A stretch of 64,000 nt of DNA from Candidatus Methanomethylophilaceae archaeon (GCA_050950505.1 JBMNHS010000001.1:448001-512000); one strand, 5' to 3'. Counted from the first letter of the stretch, positions 9,336 through 19,924 are shown. Program-made: numbers and translations. The notes: generated by a model from the letters alone, not told the origin.

Positions 9336-10249
9336 AGCCTTTCCTCTCCGTTTACGGTCACGTCACCGTTGACAGCATCGTGACGGTAGAGGAGTTTCCC
9401 AGACTCAACACGACTGTTGACATAACCTCGAAGAAAACCTTCCTTGGGGGCACCGGTGCAAACATAGCCATAAACGCCGCCAAACTGGGAGTGCCCACCG
9501 CGCTCTGCGCCCTGGTGGGCAAAGATCTTCCCTCGGAACTCTACGATACGATAAAAGATTCCGGAGTGATAATGGACGAATTCATTTTTGTCGAAGGCTG
9601 GGACACGTCCACCGCAATAGTCGTCAATGATTCCAAACTTGATCAGAAAGTCCTGTTCTTCCAAGGTCCTCAGGGATATGCCACGGAAATAGGAATAGAG
9701 ATGACCGGAATGGCTTCTCAGTCGGATTACGTCCATTTCTGTACCGGCGAACCGAAATACTATGTTTCGTTGATGGTGAAAATCAAAAGCCCCGGCAGGA
9801 AAATCGCCATAGATCCGGCTCAGGAAGTTTACCGTCTGTGGAACAACGGGAATCTTTCCGAAGCCATGAATCATTCCGATTATGTTTTCGCCAACAGGTA
9901 TGAAGCGGAATCCATTGTGAAACATCTCAATCTGAATTCTTACGGCGACATGGGAAAAGAACTTGCGGTCTGTACCAAAGGAAATGAAGGAAGCGTTGCA
10001 TACATCAACGGCAAAGAGGTGCAAATACCACCGATTATCGGCAACAAAGCCGTGGATGCCACCGGAGCGGGGGATTCCTACCGCGCAGGGTTTTACGCGG
10101 GGCTGTACAGAGGGATGAGCCAGGAAGAATCTCTGATCATCGCTTCGTCCGTTGCATCCTTCACCGTTGAAAAAAGCGGAGCTCTGTCCAACATACCCAC
10201 ATGGGAACAGGCATACGAAAGAGCCAAAGAACATCTTCCGAAGGCCTGA
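9332..10249 (+). CDS. PfkB-family carbohydrate/nucleoside kinase
   Basis: GGTGANIA N-terminal and VDATGAGDSYRAGF C-terminal signatures. Confidence 0.93.
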   Translation: MKPFLSVYGHVTVDSIVTVEEFPRLNTTVDITSKKTFLGGTGANIAINAAKLGVPTALCALVGKDLPSELYDTIKDSGVIMDEFIFVEGWDTSTAIVVNDSKLDQKVLFFQGPQGYATEIGIEMTGMASQSDYVHFCTGEPKYYVSLMVKIKSPGRKIAIDPAQEVYRLWNNGNLSEAMNHSDYVFANRYEAESIVKHLNLNSYGDMGKELAVCTKGNEGSVAYINGKEVQIPPIIGNKAVDATGAGDSYRAGFYAGLYRGMSQEESLIIASSVASFTVEKSGALSNIPTWEQAYERAKEHLPKA

Positions 10250-10250
10250 C

Positions 10251-10778
10251 ATGTTGACGGCAGTGACGGGAACGCCGGGAACCGGGAAAACCGAACTTGG
10301 AAAAAAACTCTCCGAATCGGGAAGAAACGTAATTTTTCTTAACGATTTCATAAAAGAAAACAATCTGCTCGATGAGTACGACGAAGTGGCGGATTCTTAC
10401 GACGTCGACACGGACGAATTGAATCTGGCACTGAAAGAATATCAAAACGACGATGTTTTGTATTACGTCGAGGGACATCTGTCCCATTTCGTGAAATCTT
10501 CGAAGATAATCGTTATGAGATGCAATCCCGAAGTTCTTGCGGGGCGTCTTAAAAAAAGGAATTATTCCGAAGAAAAAATCAGAGAAAACGTTCAGGCGGA
10601 GATTCTTGACGTAATACTCTGTGAATCCGTATCTTCCGACATATCCGTTTATGAACTAGACAGCACATCACAACCCGTCGGCGAGCTGGTTGAATCCGTC
10701 ATAAAGATTGAAAACAATCAGGGGGATTACAGACCCGGAAAAGTCGATTGGACAGGGAGTATGGAAGAATGGTTCTAG
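10251..10778 (+). CDS. Adenylate kinase, AK6/Fap7 type
   Basis: GTPGTGKT P-loop, VEGHLSH, RLKKRNYSEEKIREN; the only gene here ending in TAG. Confidence 0.92.
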   Translation: MLTAVTGTPGTGKTELGKKLSESGRNVIFLNDFIKENNLLDEYDEVADSYDVDTDELNLALKEYQNDDVLYYVEGHLSHFVKSSKIIVMRCNPEVLAGRLKKRNYSEEKIRENVQAEILDVILCESVSSDISVYELDSTSQPVGELVESVIKIENNQGDYRPGKVDWTGSMEEWF

Positions 10779-11416
10779 ACGCACAGAGAGATAAAGCGGA
10801 TTTCGCACTGACGCCGGTTGCCCGGAAACTGATCAACGTCAATCCGAATTATATTTCCTGGCTGGCTCTCATACTGGCTCTCGTGGCCGGTATCGTGATG
10901 TACCGCAGTTTCTCTTTGGTGTGGCTGCTGATTCCCGGTGCGGCGCTCGTTTTGATTTCCGGATATTTCGACGCTTTGGACGGCAAAGTGGCCAAACTTG
11001 CGGGAAAGGCTTCCAGACGGGGAGACTATCTCGATCATGTTTTCGATAGATACGCGGATGTTCTGATGATCGGCGGTGTGGCGGTAAGCGGTTGGTGCAA
11101 TCCTTATCTGGGCATGGTGGCCCTTGTGGGTGTGCTGCTGACGTCATACATGGGAACTCAGGCACAGGCAGTGGGTGCACCCCGTTTGTACGCAGGACTT
11201 CTCGGAAGGGCCGACCGTGTGGTGCTTATGACGCTGTTTCCGATAATTCAGTACATCATGACCACGTTCACCGAATACGGACTGCTGACAGTCGGCAGCA
11301 TAACATTGTCCTGGATGGAACTGATGATTCTTTATTTTGCAATCATGGGCAACACAACGGCAATCCAGAGAGCCGTTGTCACTTGGAACGCGATGACAAA
11401 GGAAGATACGGACTGA
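10769..11416 (+). CDS. CDP-alcohol phosphatidyltransferase (archaetidylinositol-phosphate synthase-like)
   Basis: D.LDG.VA......S..G.YLD...DRY.D signature; TM segments. Confidence 0.93.
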   Translation: MVLDAQRDKADFALTPVARKLINVNPNYISWLALILALVAGIVMYRSFSLVWLLIPGAALVLISGYFDALDGKVAKLAGKASRRGDYLDHVFDRYADVLMIGGVAVSGWCNPYLGMVALVGVLLTSYMGTQAQAVGAPRLYAGLLGRADRVVLMTLFPIIQYIMTTFTEYGLLTVGSITLSWMELMILYFAIMGNTTAIQRAVVTWNAMTKEDTD

Positions 11417-12457
11417 TTATTCCTTTTCCGCATCCTTTTTCCACCCGGTTCCGGACTTTATTCTGTAATAAACGAGAGGGTGGTTCATCTTCTCACTTTT
11501 GCACAGGTTGTCTTCATTGTAGCATATGCCGTGACTTTTCATGGTGGAACATTCCGGCGGGGTATAACCGTCGGAACCCGTCAGTTCTCCGGTTATGTGT
11601 TTTATCTGATAGGCGGATTTCGATTCGTCGAAGTCGGGCGATTCGGAAAACAAAGTAAGTATCTGCAAGGAATCCATGCCCAGAGCATGAAGGAACGAAA
11701 CCAACGCGAATCTTGCGCTGTGAGACAGATTGATGCCGTTGTGTGCCTGTGCCAGTATCGCTTTCATACAGGGAGGCATGTGTTCCAGTTCGATGGGACC
11801 TCCTCCCGTCGGACCGTATTTGCTTTTGCTTTCGTTCAAAGCGTTCGTCACGATTTCCACGTCCTGCCTCAGGTACGGCAGTATTGATTCAGGTATCTGA
11901 AGGGGCAACTCCGATTCAATCCGATCCTGCAGCGCATTCTGCAGAACACGGTCGAATCTTTCCGGAGCCAGCATGACGTAGCCATTCTCAATTTCCGTGT
12001 TGATTAATTTCCAATCTTTGCTTTTGATTCTGGTGGAGAATTTCAGATAATCGGAAAAGTGCATCCTTAGACTGTCGTTCTTCGTCACGGCTTTCACTTC
12101 AAGTTCTTTGGCCACACGGGCTACGTTTCCCGTATCGTCACCAATCAGCAATTTATTCATACGGACGGATTCGGCCAACGAGTATCTCCTGTAGAGATAA
12201 CGGTCGTTCACGCAGGACACAAGCATTCTGGCGTAAGGATAGGACATGATTTCCATCAAACGGTCGAAATCCGTCATAAGAGAGTGATAGGATACTTCGC
12301 CGTGCTCCACGGTGTCCATCACTCTTTCCAAACCTCTTATTCTCGCGGATGAATAAGATTCAGAGGATATCAACGATTCAATATCCGCTCCGTTCTTTTC
12401 CGCAATAATCGAAGATTCTTTCAGAAACGGATATTTGGCGGCTAATGCTATGTCCAC
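11417..12457 (-). CDS. priL: DNA primase large subunit
   Basis: AKYPFL, PPCM, HSARFAL, YTPPEC..MKSHGIC....LC...HPL.YY Fe-S domain; start approximate. Confidence 0.95.
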   Translation of the reverse strand: MDIALAAKYPFLKESSIIAEKNGADIESLISSESYSSARIRGLERVMDTVEHGEVSYHSLMTDFDRLMEIMSYPYARMLVSCVNDRYLYRRYSLAESVRMNKLLIGDDTGNVARVAKELEVKAVTKNDSLRMHFSDYLKFSTRIKSKDWKLINTEIENGYVMLAPERFDRVLQNALQDRIESELPLQIPESILPYLRQDVEIVTNALNESKSKYGPTGGGPIELEHMPPCMKAILAQAHNGINLSHSARFALVSFLHALGMDSLQILTLFSESPDFDESKSAYQIKHITGELTGSDGYTPPECSTMKSHGICYNEDNLCKSEKMNHPLVYYRIKSGTGWKKDAEKE

Positions 12458-12693
12458 CTTTGCAAATGGTACGGGAACGATATACAATTTTCTGATTTTT
12501 ACGTTTGACGCAAATCGATTTTATTTACTGTCATTGACGTATATGACGTACCGGAATCGATATGCATCACGTCAATCGTACTTCGAAAAACCTCTTTGCA
12601 GGTTATTTATAAATAGCATTAACCAACTATCAAGGATATATTTCGCATAAAAACTACGAATTTCGCAGTTTATGCACAAATCGAGGAGAAAAC

Positions 12694-14049
12694 ATGGCAG
12701 ACAAAGAAATGACTGTTGAGGAAATGCTTGCCAAGGCAAAGAAGCCCGGTGAAGACGCTAAGATTTTACACAAGTTCTACGGAGGCAAAACGGAAATCGT
12801 ACCCAAGGCCTGTATCAGGTCTTTTGACGATTTCTCGATTTGGTATTCCCCCGGGGTGGCCGAACCCTGCAAGCAAATTGCGGAAAACCCTGAAATGGTG
12901 TACGATCTGACCTGCAAATGGAACACCGTGGCAGTGGTATCCGACGGAACCAGAGTACTGGGTCTCGGAGACATCGGGCCGGAGGCGGCCATGCCGGTCA
13001 TGGAAGGAAAAGGAATGCTGTTCAAGTACCTCGGAGGCGTGGACAGCGTGCCAATCTGTTTGGATACCAAGGATCCGGACAAAATCATTGAAACCGTAAG
13101 GTTGATTGCACCCTCCTTCGGAGGTATCAATCTTGAAGATATTTCGAATCCGAAATGTTTTGACATTCTAGATGAACTGAGGGCAGACTGTAAAGTCCCG
13201 GTATGGCACGACGATCAGCAGGGTACCGCCACAGTAGAGGTTGCAGGCGCCATCAACGCATTGAAACTCGTGGGAAAGAAGTTGGAAACAGCCAATTTCA
13301 CCATAATCGGTGCCGGTGCGGCATCAATAGCGATTTCAAGGTTATTGCTGAACGTTGGGGTCAATCCCAAGAATATGTGCGTCTGCGATTCCAAGGGAAT
13401 TCTGAACATGGAAAGGGACGATCTCGGAGGACAGTTCAAACAGAAGTATGAATTGGCCCAGAAGACCGACGGTGCCGGAAAGAAGGGCGGAATGAAGGAA
13501 GCCATAAAGGATTCCGATATCATCATCGCGGCTTCGAAACCCGGACCCGGTACAATCGATCCTGCCTATTTGGATTCCATGGCGGACAATCCGATTTTGT
13601 TCGCAACCGCAAATCCCATACCGGAAATCTGGCCCTGGGAGGCCAAGGAGCACGGTGTGAAGATTTTCGCGACCGGACGTTCGGACTTCCCTAACCAGGT
13701 AAACAACTCCATGGGATTCCCCGCGATCTTCCGCGGTGTGCTTGATGTAAGGGCGACCACCATCACCGACACCATGTGTCTGGCCGCCGCCGAGGAATTG
13801 GCCAAGTGCGCCGAAGAGAAGGGAATACATGAGGAATACATCATACCCACAATGGCCGAAAGCGAAGTTTTCCCCAGAGTCGCAGTCGCAGTCGCGATGC
13901 AGGCTCAGAAGGAAGGCGTGGCAAGGCTCAAGATGAGTGCGGAGGAGTTGAGGGAAAAAGCGGAGTTTATGATAAACCGCTCCAGAAACGTGACCGCGGC
14001 CATGATGAGGGACGGATTCATCAAGGATCCTTCGGAAGTTCTTCGTTAA
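12694..14049 (+). CDS. NAD(P)-dependent malic enzyme
   Basis: YSPGVAEPC, DGTRVLGLGDIGP, NLEDI, HDDQQGTA, TGRSDFPNQVNN motifs. Confidence 0.96.
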   Translation: MADKEMTVEEMLAKAKKPGEDAKILHKFYGGKTEIVPKACIRSFDDFSIWYSPGVAEPCKQIAENPEMVYDLTCKWNTVAVVSDGTRVLGLGDIGPEAAMPVMEGKGMLFKYLGGVDSVPICLDTKDPDKIIETVRLIAPSFGGINLEDISNPKCFDILDELRADCKVPVWHDDQQGTATVEVAGAINALKLVGKKLETANFTIIGAGAASIAISRLLLNVGVNPKNMCVCDSKGILNMERDDLGGQFKQKYELAQKTDGAGKKGGMKEAIKDSDIIIAASKPGPGTIDPAYLDSMADNPILFATANPIPEIWPWEAKEHGVKIFATGRSDFPNQVNNSMGFPAIFRGVLDVRATTITDTMCLAAAEELAKCAEEKGIHEEYIIPTMAESEVFPRVAVAVAMQAQKEGVARLKMSAEELREKAEFMINRSRNVTAAMMRDGFIKDPSEVLR

Positions 14050-14056
14050 AACCATT

Positions 14057-14087
14057 AAGAGGTCCGAGAGGACCTCTTTTCATTTTA
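14057..14087 (+). terminator. Hairpin terminator after malic enzyme
   Basis: AAGAGGTCC/GGACCTCTT inverted repeat plus T-rich tail. Confidence 0.6.
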
Positions 14088-14176
14088 TTCTAACAATTCA
14101 CTTATGTAATATTCTCACCAATAAAGACGGAACTGCTAAACAATTATACATATCCTTGAACTAAACAGGTTCAGAA

Positions 14177-15049
14177 ATGAAAGGAATCATACTCGCCGCG
14201 GGCAAAGGAACCCGGCTGCATCCGGCTTCGTTGCCGATATCAAAGATACTTCTTCCGGTTTACGACAAGCCGATGATATATTACCCGCTGTCAAATCTGA
14301 TAATGGGGGGCATACGGGAAATATTGGTAATCACGAACGAGGAAGACGATAATAAATTCAGGAAACTGCTCGGTGACGGTTCCCAGTTCGGCATCAAAAT
14401 CGATTACATGATTCAATACGTCCAACGCGGCATTTCCGATGCGTTTCTGATAGCGGAAGATTGGATTGACGGGGATGACGTGGTTCTTATTCTCGGCGAT
14501 AACATATTCTACGGCCGGGGGTTGGAAGAAACCATTGCTTCTGCATTGAAGAAGAACACCGGCGCCGTAGTGTTCGGATATGCCGTGGACGATCCGGAAA
14601 GATTCGGTGTCGTCGAGTTCGATGAAAGCAGGAAAGTTTTATCCTTGGAAGAAAAGCCGAAAGAGCCAAAGTCGAATTTTGCGGTGGTCGGTCTGTACTT
14701 TTACGATGGAAACGTGTGCGAGTATGCCAAGAAGTTAAACCTCTCGGACCGCGGAGAGTTGGAGATTACGGATTTGAATAAAATCTATATGAACGAAGGC
14801 AGACTCAGAGTCGAGGTCTTTGACGAGAACATCGGATGGATGGATGCCGGCACTTTCGATTCCTTGTTGGATGCCGGCAATTCTATAAGAGAAGTCAGGA
14901 AAGACACAGGCGTCAACGTGGGATGTCCCGAAGAGTCCGCTCTGAAAAAAGGATTTGTCACCAAAAAGAATGTGTTGGAATGGATTGGTAAATTCAAGAA
15001 CAACGACTACAGAGAGTATGTCGAAGAAATCTGCGAAAGATACGGTTGA
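14177..15049 (+). CDS. rfbA: Glucose-1-phosphate thymidylyltransferase
   Basis: MKGIILAAGKGTRL, LLPVYDKPMIYYPL, LILGDNIF, EEKP, RGELEITD motifs. Confidence 0.95.
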   Translation: MKGIILAAGKGTRLHPASLPISKILLPVYDKPMIYYPLSNLIMGGIREILVITNEEDDNKFRKLLGDGSQFGIKIDYMIQYVQRGISDAFLIAEDWIDGDDVVLILGDNIFYGRGLEETIASALKKNTGAVVFGYAVDDPERFGVVEFDESRKVLSLEEKPKEPKSNFAVVGLYFYDGNVCEYAKKLNLSDRGELEITDLNKIYMNEGRLRVEVFDENIGWMDAGTFDSLLDAGNSIREVRKDTGVNVGCPEESALKKGFVTKKNVLEWIGKFKNNDYREYVEEICERYG

Positions 15050-15361
15050 TTGTTTGTTTCTGCGGTGTCGATTGCTCAAACAGAGCCGCATACCGTCCGT
15101 TTCATGAAAGTATCGGATTTTATTTCCAAATTTATTCAAGGCATCGTTTCTGACGTTATAATCTGTACGCAAATTCTGTAAAACAACGTTTCCAAATCAT
15201 ACCGAATAACCATTCGGATTTTTATCTTATGCCTCATTTTAAGAGATAATTACCGTTGAATCGATAACTACAATTATACTAACTTTCGGATATAGTTATA
15301 CTAACTGTATACCATAAATTTATAATAGTTTATAAATAAAAAATAAAAATATTTATCATGT

Positions 15362-17533
15362 ATGCGAGGCAAACTCCCCGCGATATCCGCAGCATTCATA
15401 ATTGTGGCAATCCTGATTTTCTTAGGCTCGGTTTCTGATCCGTGCTTTAACAGGAACATACAGGATTCTGAAAAAACATCTCAATTTTTTCCTTTTTCGG
15501 GTGATGAGGCCGATCAGGCAGAGAATTTTATTTATGAACTGAAAAACAATAAAATCAAAATCATCGGATACACAGGGTCATCCGACAATGTAACGATACC
15601 CGGTATGATTGAAAGCAGTCCCGTAACGGAAATCGGTGACAATGCGTTTTCGAACAATAAAAAAATAAAATCGTTATCTGTACCCGATTCAGTGATTCGC
15701 ATCGGTATTTCTGCTTTTGAAAACTGTCAGAAACTTGAGAATGTTGTTTTGGGAAACGGGGTCAAACTTATCGATTACAGTGCGTTCAAGAGTTGTTCTT
15801 CTCTTAGCGTCTTACAATTCAAGGGGGATGCGCCAAGTGTGGGAAACATGTGGATTTCGGGCGCCGCGGACAGTTTGACGATATATTACGTAGAAGGAAA
15901 AAAGAAATTCGATACTTCGGACTGGAAAGTACTGAATCTTGAACCTTTGAATGTTCCGGACCCTCCGATACACCCTTCTGTTATTTCCGGGGAATCGTCA
16001 ATGGATTTTTCATGGCAGATGTCGGACACAGTTGAACCGGAGATTATTCTGGGATTTGAGATTTTGTATAAAAAATCAGGAAACGAAGAATGGACAACAT
16101 TGTTCGTTAAAAACGGATTCGAAGTGAAAATCGGGAATCTGAGCAACGGAACCGAATATGAAGTCTGTGTTTCCGCGGTCAATATCGCAGGTTCGGGAAA
16201 TCCGAGCGACATCGTGACGGCAACACCCTTTACGATTCCTGAAGCACCCGTTCTTAAAGTTGTTGAAGAGGACGACAGGACAGTTTTAATCTGGAACATC
16301 CCGAATAATATGGGTTCGGCAATCACGGAATATGCCGTTTATCGGGACAATGCCAGAATTGCATCTATTGGTCCTGCCGACACAGAATACAGGATTGAGG
16401 GTCTGGAAAAAGGGATTGTTTACAACTTTTCAATAACGGCTTCCAATTGTGCAGGAGAGAGTTCCGGAAGCAATATTGTTGAGGTAATGTTGAAAGAAAC
16501 ATATACGGCCTCTTTCGTCGTGGACGATGTTGTCGTTGAATCTGCAACATTGAAAGAAGGAAAAGAAATCCTTCAGCCCACAGATCCGCAAAAGAACGGT
16601 CATATGTTTGCAGGGTGGAATCCGGATGTTCCGGAATTCATGCCTGCGCATGACGTAATTATGAAAGCAATCTGGCACATGATAACGGATGTTCCGAATC
16701 CTGTTCTTGATTTGTATTACAACGGAGAATATCAAACCGGATTTCCCGTTGATGAAGGATACGGGGTATCAGGTGATTATCCCATGAAAGATGCCGGCAA
16801 TCATATGGTGAACCTTACGTTGAAAGAAGGATTTGTGTGGAGCGACGGGACGTATGAAATCAAGGAACTGGTATGGAAAATTAACCCGAAAATAGTATAC
16901 GTTTATCCGGAAAAGGATCAGCAAAAACGTTACTTTGACGAGGATCCGGATTTGAAGTACAGGCTTTCTGAAAATCTGTCCGTCTCGGGGAAGCTCGACA
17001 GAGTTTCCGGCGAAAATCTTGATAGTTATGGAATAAACATCGGATCTTTGAACTCTGAAAACAGCAACTACCGTCTTGAAATGGGTGAAGAAACAGTGTA
17101 TTTCACGATAATTGCGGCATATCCCGGAACGCCTGTTGGGTTGGAAGTGATTTTTGACGATGAATGTACAAGATTGCGATGGTGTGCACCCGATTTCGAT
17201 GGCGGTTGTGATATGTTACACTATGAGGTTTGGATGAAATCGAATGACGGTAGTTGGAAGCTGTATGAGACAATCGAAAATCAAGAATTCTGTGATATTT
17301 CATCAGAGTCGGATACAGCGTACGGATTAATGGTAAAGGCCGTGAATTCTGCGGGAGCATCTGAATTCTCGGAGATTGTTTCAATTGAAGTGAGCGATGC
17401 CGTGAGATACGAAGGGGACAGAGCAAACACTGAAATTGAAAGCTGTGAAAAAGATAACATGGTTTTCATAACATCGTTTATTTTGATCACAGTACTGGGT
17501 CTTGTATTGATACTTCTGAACAGATCCCGATGA
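15362..17533 (+). CDS. Membrane-anchored adhesin-like surface protein (BspA-type LRR, FN3 x3, Listeria-Bacteroides repeat, MBG-like domain)
   Basis: N-terminal hydrophobic signal; IGDNAF..NKKIKSLSVPDSVIRIGISAF LRR units; L.NGTEYEV.V.AVN..G FN3 motifs; PQKNGHMFAGW repeat; C-terminal TM with basic tail. Confidence 0.85.
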   Translation: MRGKLPAISAAFIIVAILIFLGSVSDPCFNRNIQDSEKTSQFFPFSGDEADQAENFIYELKNNKIKIIGYTGSSDNVTIPGMIESSPVTEIGDNAFSNNKKIKSLSVPDSVIRIGISAFENCQKLENVVLGNGVKLIDYSAFKSCSSLSVLQFKGDAPSVGNMWISGAADSLTIYYVEGKKKFDTSDWKVLNLEPLNVPDPPIHPSVISGESSMDFSWQMSDTVEPEIILGFEILYKKSGNEEWTTLFVKNGFEVKIGNLSNGTEYEVCVSAVNIAGSGNPSDIVTATPFTIPEAPVLKVVEEDDRTVLIWNIPNNMGSAITEYAVYRDNARIASIGPADTEYRIEGLEKGIVYNFSITASNCAGESSGSNIVEVMLKETYTASFVVDDVVVESATLKEGKEILQPTDPQKNGHMFAGWNPDVPEFMPAHDVIMKAIWHMITDVPNPVLDLYYNGEYQTGFPVDEGYGVSGDYPMKDAGNHMVNLTLKEGFVWSDGTYEIKELVWKINPKIVYVYPEKDQQKRYFDEDPDLKYRLSENLSVSGKLDRVSGENLDSYGINIGSLNSENSNYRLEMGEETVYFTIIAAYPGTPVGLEVIFDDECTRLRWCAPDFDGGCDMLHYEVWMKSNDGSWKLYETIENQEFCDISSESDTAYGLMVKAVNSAGASEFSEIVSIEVSDAVRYEGDRANTEIESCEKDNMVFITSFILITVLGLVLILLNRSR

Positions 17534-17655
17534 GCCGGCAATCGTCTGATTACCTGATGACATCGCATTCATCAGACCCATTCAGTATATTTTACGTTAT
17601 TATGTGCTGTCAATCAGCCTGTCGATTCAGTATCACAGTGTAGCATATGACAATG

Positions 17656-18756
17656 TTAAATTGACAATTCTGCCTTTACACAATCCAGGCAGGCTCTGAT
17701 AACTTTATCCATGTCGTAATACTTGTAACTGCCAAGTCTTCCGCCGAATATGACATCCTTTTCTTTCTTAGCCAGGATTTCATATTCCTTGTAAAGTTTT
17801 TCATTTCTGTCATCGTTGATGGGGTAATACGCCTCCATTCCCGGTTTCCAGGTTGCCGGATACTCCTCGGTCACGACGGTTTTGGGCTGTGTTCCGAATT
17901 CAAAATGTTTGTGTTCAATGATTCGCGTATACGGAACTTCCGATCCCGTATAATTCACAACAGCAACACCTTGGTAATTATCCGTGTCCTCAATCCTTGA
18001 TTCAAACCTAAGAGATCTGTATTCCAGATGTCCCAGACTGAAGTTGAAGTATTCGTCTATCATCCCCGTGAATACCAATCTATCTGCGATTTTCTTGAAG
18101 TCTCTGTATTTTTCAAAAAAGTCACAATTCAACTCCACGTCAATACCTTCAAGCATTTTTCCAATCATTGAAGTGTATCCTCCGATGGGTATTCCCTGGT
18201 GGGGATCGTTAAAATAATTGTTATCGAACGTGAATCTCAGCGGGAGTCTTCTTATTATCGATGCCGGAAGATCTTTGCAACTTCTGCCCCATTGTTTTTC
18301 AGTGTATCCCTTTACCAACTTTTCAAAGATGTCTGTGCCCACCATCGATATAGCCTGTTCTTCCAGATTTGCCGGATCATGGTTCAAAACAGGAATCTGG
18401 GACTGTATTTTTTCCTTTGCTTCTTTCGGTGTTTTCACATTCCATATTTTACTGAACGTGTTCATGTTGAACGGCATGTTGTACAGTTCATCCCCGATTC
18501 TGGCTATGGGCGAGTTAACGTAATTGTTGAATTCGGCAAATCCGTTTACGTACTTCCATACTTCTTCGTCCGCGGTATGAAATATGTGGGCGCCGTACTT
18601 GTGTACATCAATCCCTTCAATTTTTTCGCAGTAAACGTTTCCTCCGACGTGGTCGCGTTTATCGATGACAAGGCATTTTTTCCCATGTTTTTTTGCTATG
18701 TTGGCAAAGACGGAACCATACAGTCCCGCACCCACTATCAGATAATCGTATTTCAT
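17656..18756 (-). CDS. glf: UDP-galactopyranose mutase
   Basis: YDYLIVGAGLYG, HKYGAHIFHT, GYTEKQWG, YYP, GRLGSYKYYDMD motifs. Confidence 0.98.
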   Translation of the reverse strand: MKYDYLIVGAGLYGSVFANIAKKHGKKCLVIDKRDHVGGNVYCEKIEGIDVHKYGAHIFHTADEEVWKYVNGFAEFNNYVNSPIARIGDELYNMPFNMNTFSKIWNVKTPKEAKEKIQSQIPVLNHDPANLEEQAISMVGTDIFEKLVKGYTEKQWGRSCKDLPASIIRRLPLRFTFDNNYFNDPHQGIPIGGYTSMIGKMLEGIDVELNCDFFEKYRDFKKIADRLVFTGMIDEYFNFSLGHLEYRSLRFESRIEDTDNYQGVAVVNYTGSEVPYTRIIEHKHFEFGTQPKTVVTEEYPATWKPGMEAYYPINDDRNEKLYKEYEILAKKEKDVIFGGRLGSYKYYDMDKVIRACLDCVKAELSI

Positions 18757-19736
18757 CTTCCCACCTTACTGTGCCAGTTCCATGCGGTTTTTATTATGTT
18801 TTCGATCGAAGAATGTACGGGATTCCAGTTGAGAACCTCTTTGGCTTTGCTGTTGTCCGCAACAAGGATATCCGGGTCCCCTTCTCTTCGGTTTTCCAAA
18901 ATCACGTTCAATTTTTTATCTGTTATATTCTGAACGGAATCCACCAGTTCAAGAACGGATACGCCTTTCCCTGTGCCGAGATTGAAACAATCGCTTCTCT
19001 CTTCTCTGAAAAGATATTCAATGGCTTTTATGTGGGCATCGGCTAAATCTGTGACGTGAATATAATCTCTGATACAGGATCCGTCATGTGTGTCATAATC
19101 GGTTCCGAACACATAGAACCGGTCCCGTAAACCGAGAGCGTTTTGAAGAAGAATCGGAATAACATGAGTTTCCGGGTCGTGCATTTCTCCGATATCTCCG
19201 TCGGCATCCGCACCGGCTGCGTTGAAATAACGAAGACTGACATATTTCAGTCCGTATGCGTTGTCGTAATCACTCAGCATTCTTTCAAAAATAAGTTTCG
19301 TCCATCCGTAGGGGTTGACCGGCCATTGTTTTTCACTTTCGGTTATGGGTACCGTCTGAGGGATTCCGTATGTTGCGCAGGATGATGAAAATACTATTTT
19401 TTTAATTCCTGTTTCAACCATGGCATCAAGCAATACTTTGCTTTTGACGACATTGTTTTCGTAATATTTTTGGGGATCCGAAACGGATTCACCAACGCAT
19501 GCCAAAGCAGCAAAATTGACAACGGCATCAATATTATTTTCTTTGAAAATTTTGGCCATAAGAGAAAAATCCCCAATGTCTCCTATGACATATTTTGCAC
19601 CGTCTATTCGAGGGATGTTTTCTTTCGGCACATTATCCAGTACGATAACATCGTAATTTTCAATCAGCTCTTTAACCGTATGAGATCCGATGTATCCCGC
19701 ACCACCCAAAACCAATATTCTTTTCCTGACAGACAG
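18753..19736 (-). CDS. galE: UDP-glucose 4-epimerase
   Basis: GGAGYIGSH, VFSSSCATYG, PYGWTK, LRYFNAAGA, DGSCIRDYIHV; start either CTG 19736 or TTG 19715. Confidence 0.95.
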   Translation of the reverse strand: MSVRKRILVLGGAGYIGSHTVKELIENYDVIVLDNVPKENIPRIDGAKYVIGDIGDFSLMAKIFKENNIDAVVNFAALACVGESVSDPQKYYENNVVKSKVLLDAMVETGIKKIVFSSSCATYGIPQTVPITESEKQWPVNPYGWTKLIFERMLSDYDNAYGLKYVSLRYFNAAGADADGDIGEMHDPETHVIPILLQNALGLRDRFYVFGTDYDTHDGSCIRDYIHVTDLADAHIKAIEYLFREERSDCFNLGTGKGVSVLELVDSVQNITDKKLNVILENRREGDPDILVADNSKAKEVLNWNPVHSSIENIIKTAWNWHSKVGR

Positions 19737-19924
19737 AATTTCACCTTACCGTTAATCTTCGATAATAACATGCAAGGTTACATAAACATATCTTGGTTCT
19801 TACAGACGTTATATAGTATGCTTTGATTATTGGAAAGTACAAGTGAAACGGCACATCTTAAAACACAACGGGTTATAAACGTTGAAGATAAATGCATGTT
19901 TATCTGGTATGGGAAAATTGATTT

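Noticed and set aside
9329-10363. 344-aa minus-strand ORF and similar long antisense ORFs (1836-2522, 13342-14055, 18199-18933, 57769-58485)
   Set aside because: They fully overlap well-supported genes on the other strand and have no recognisable motifs.
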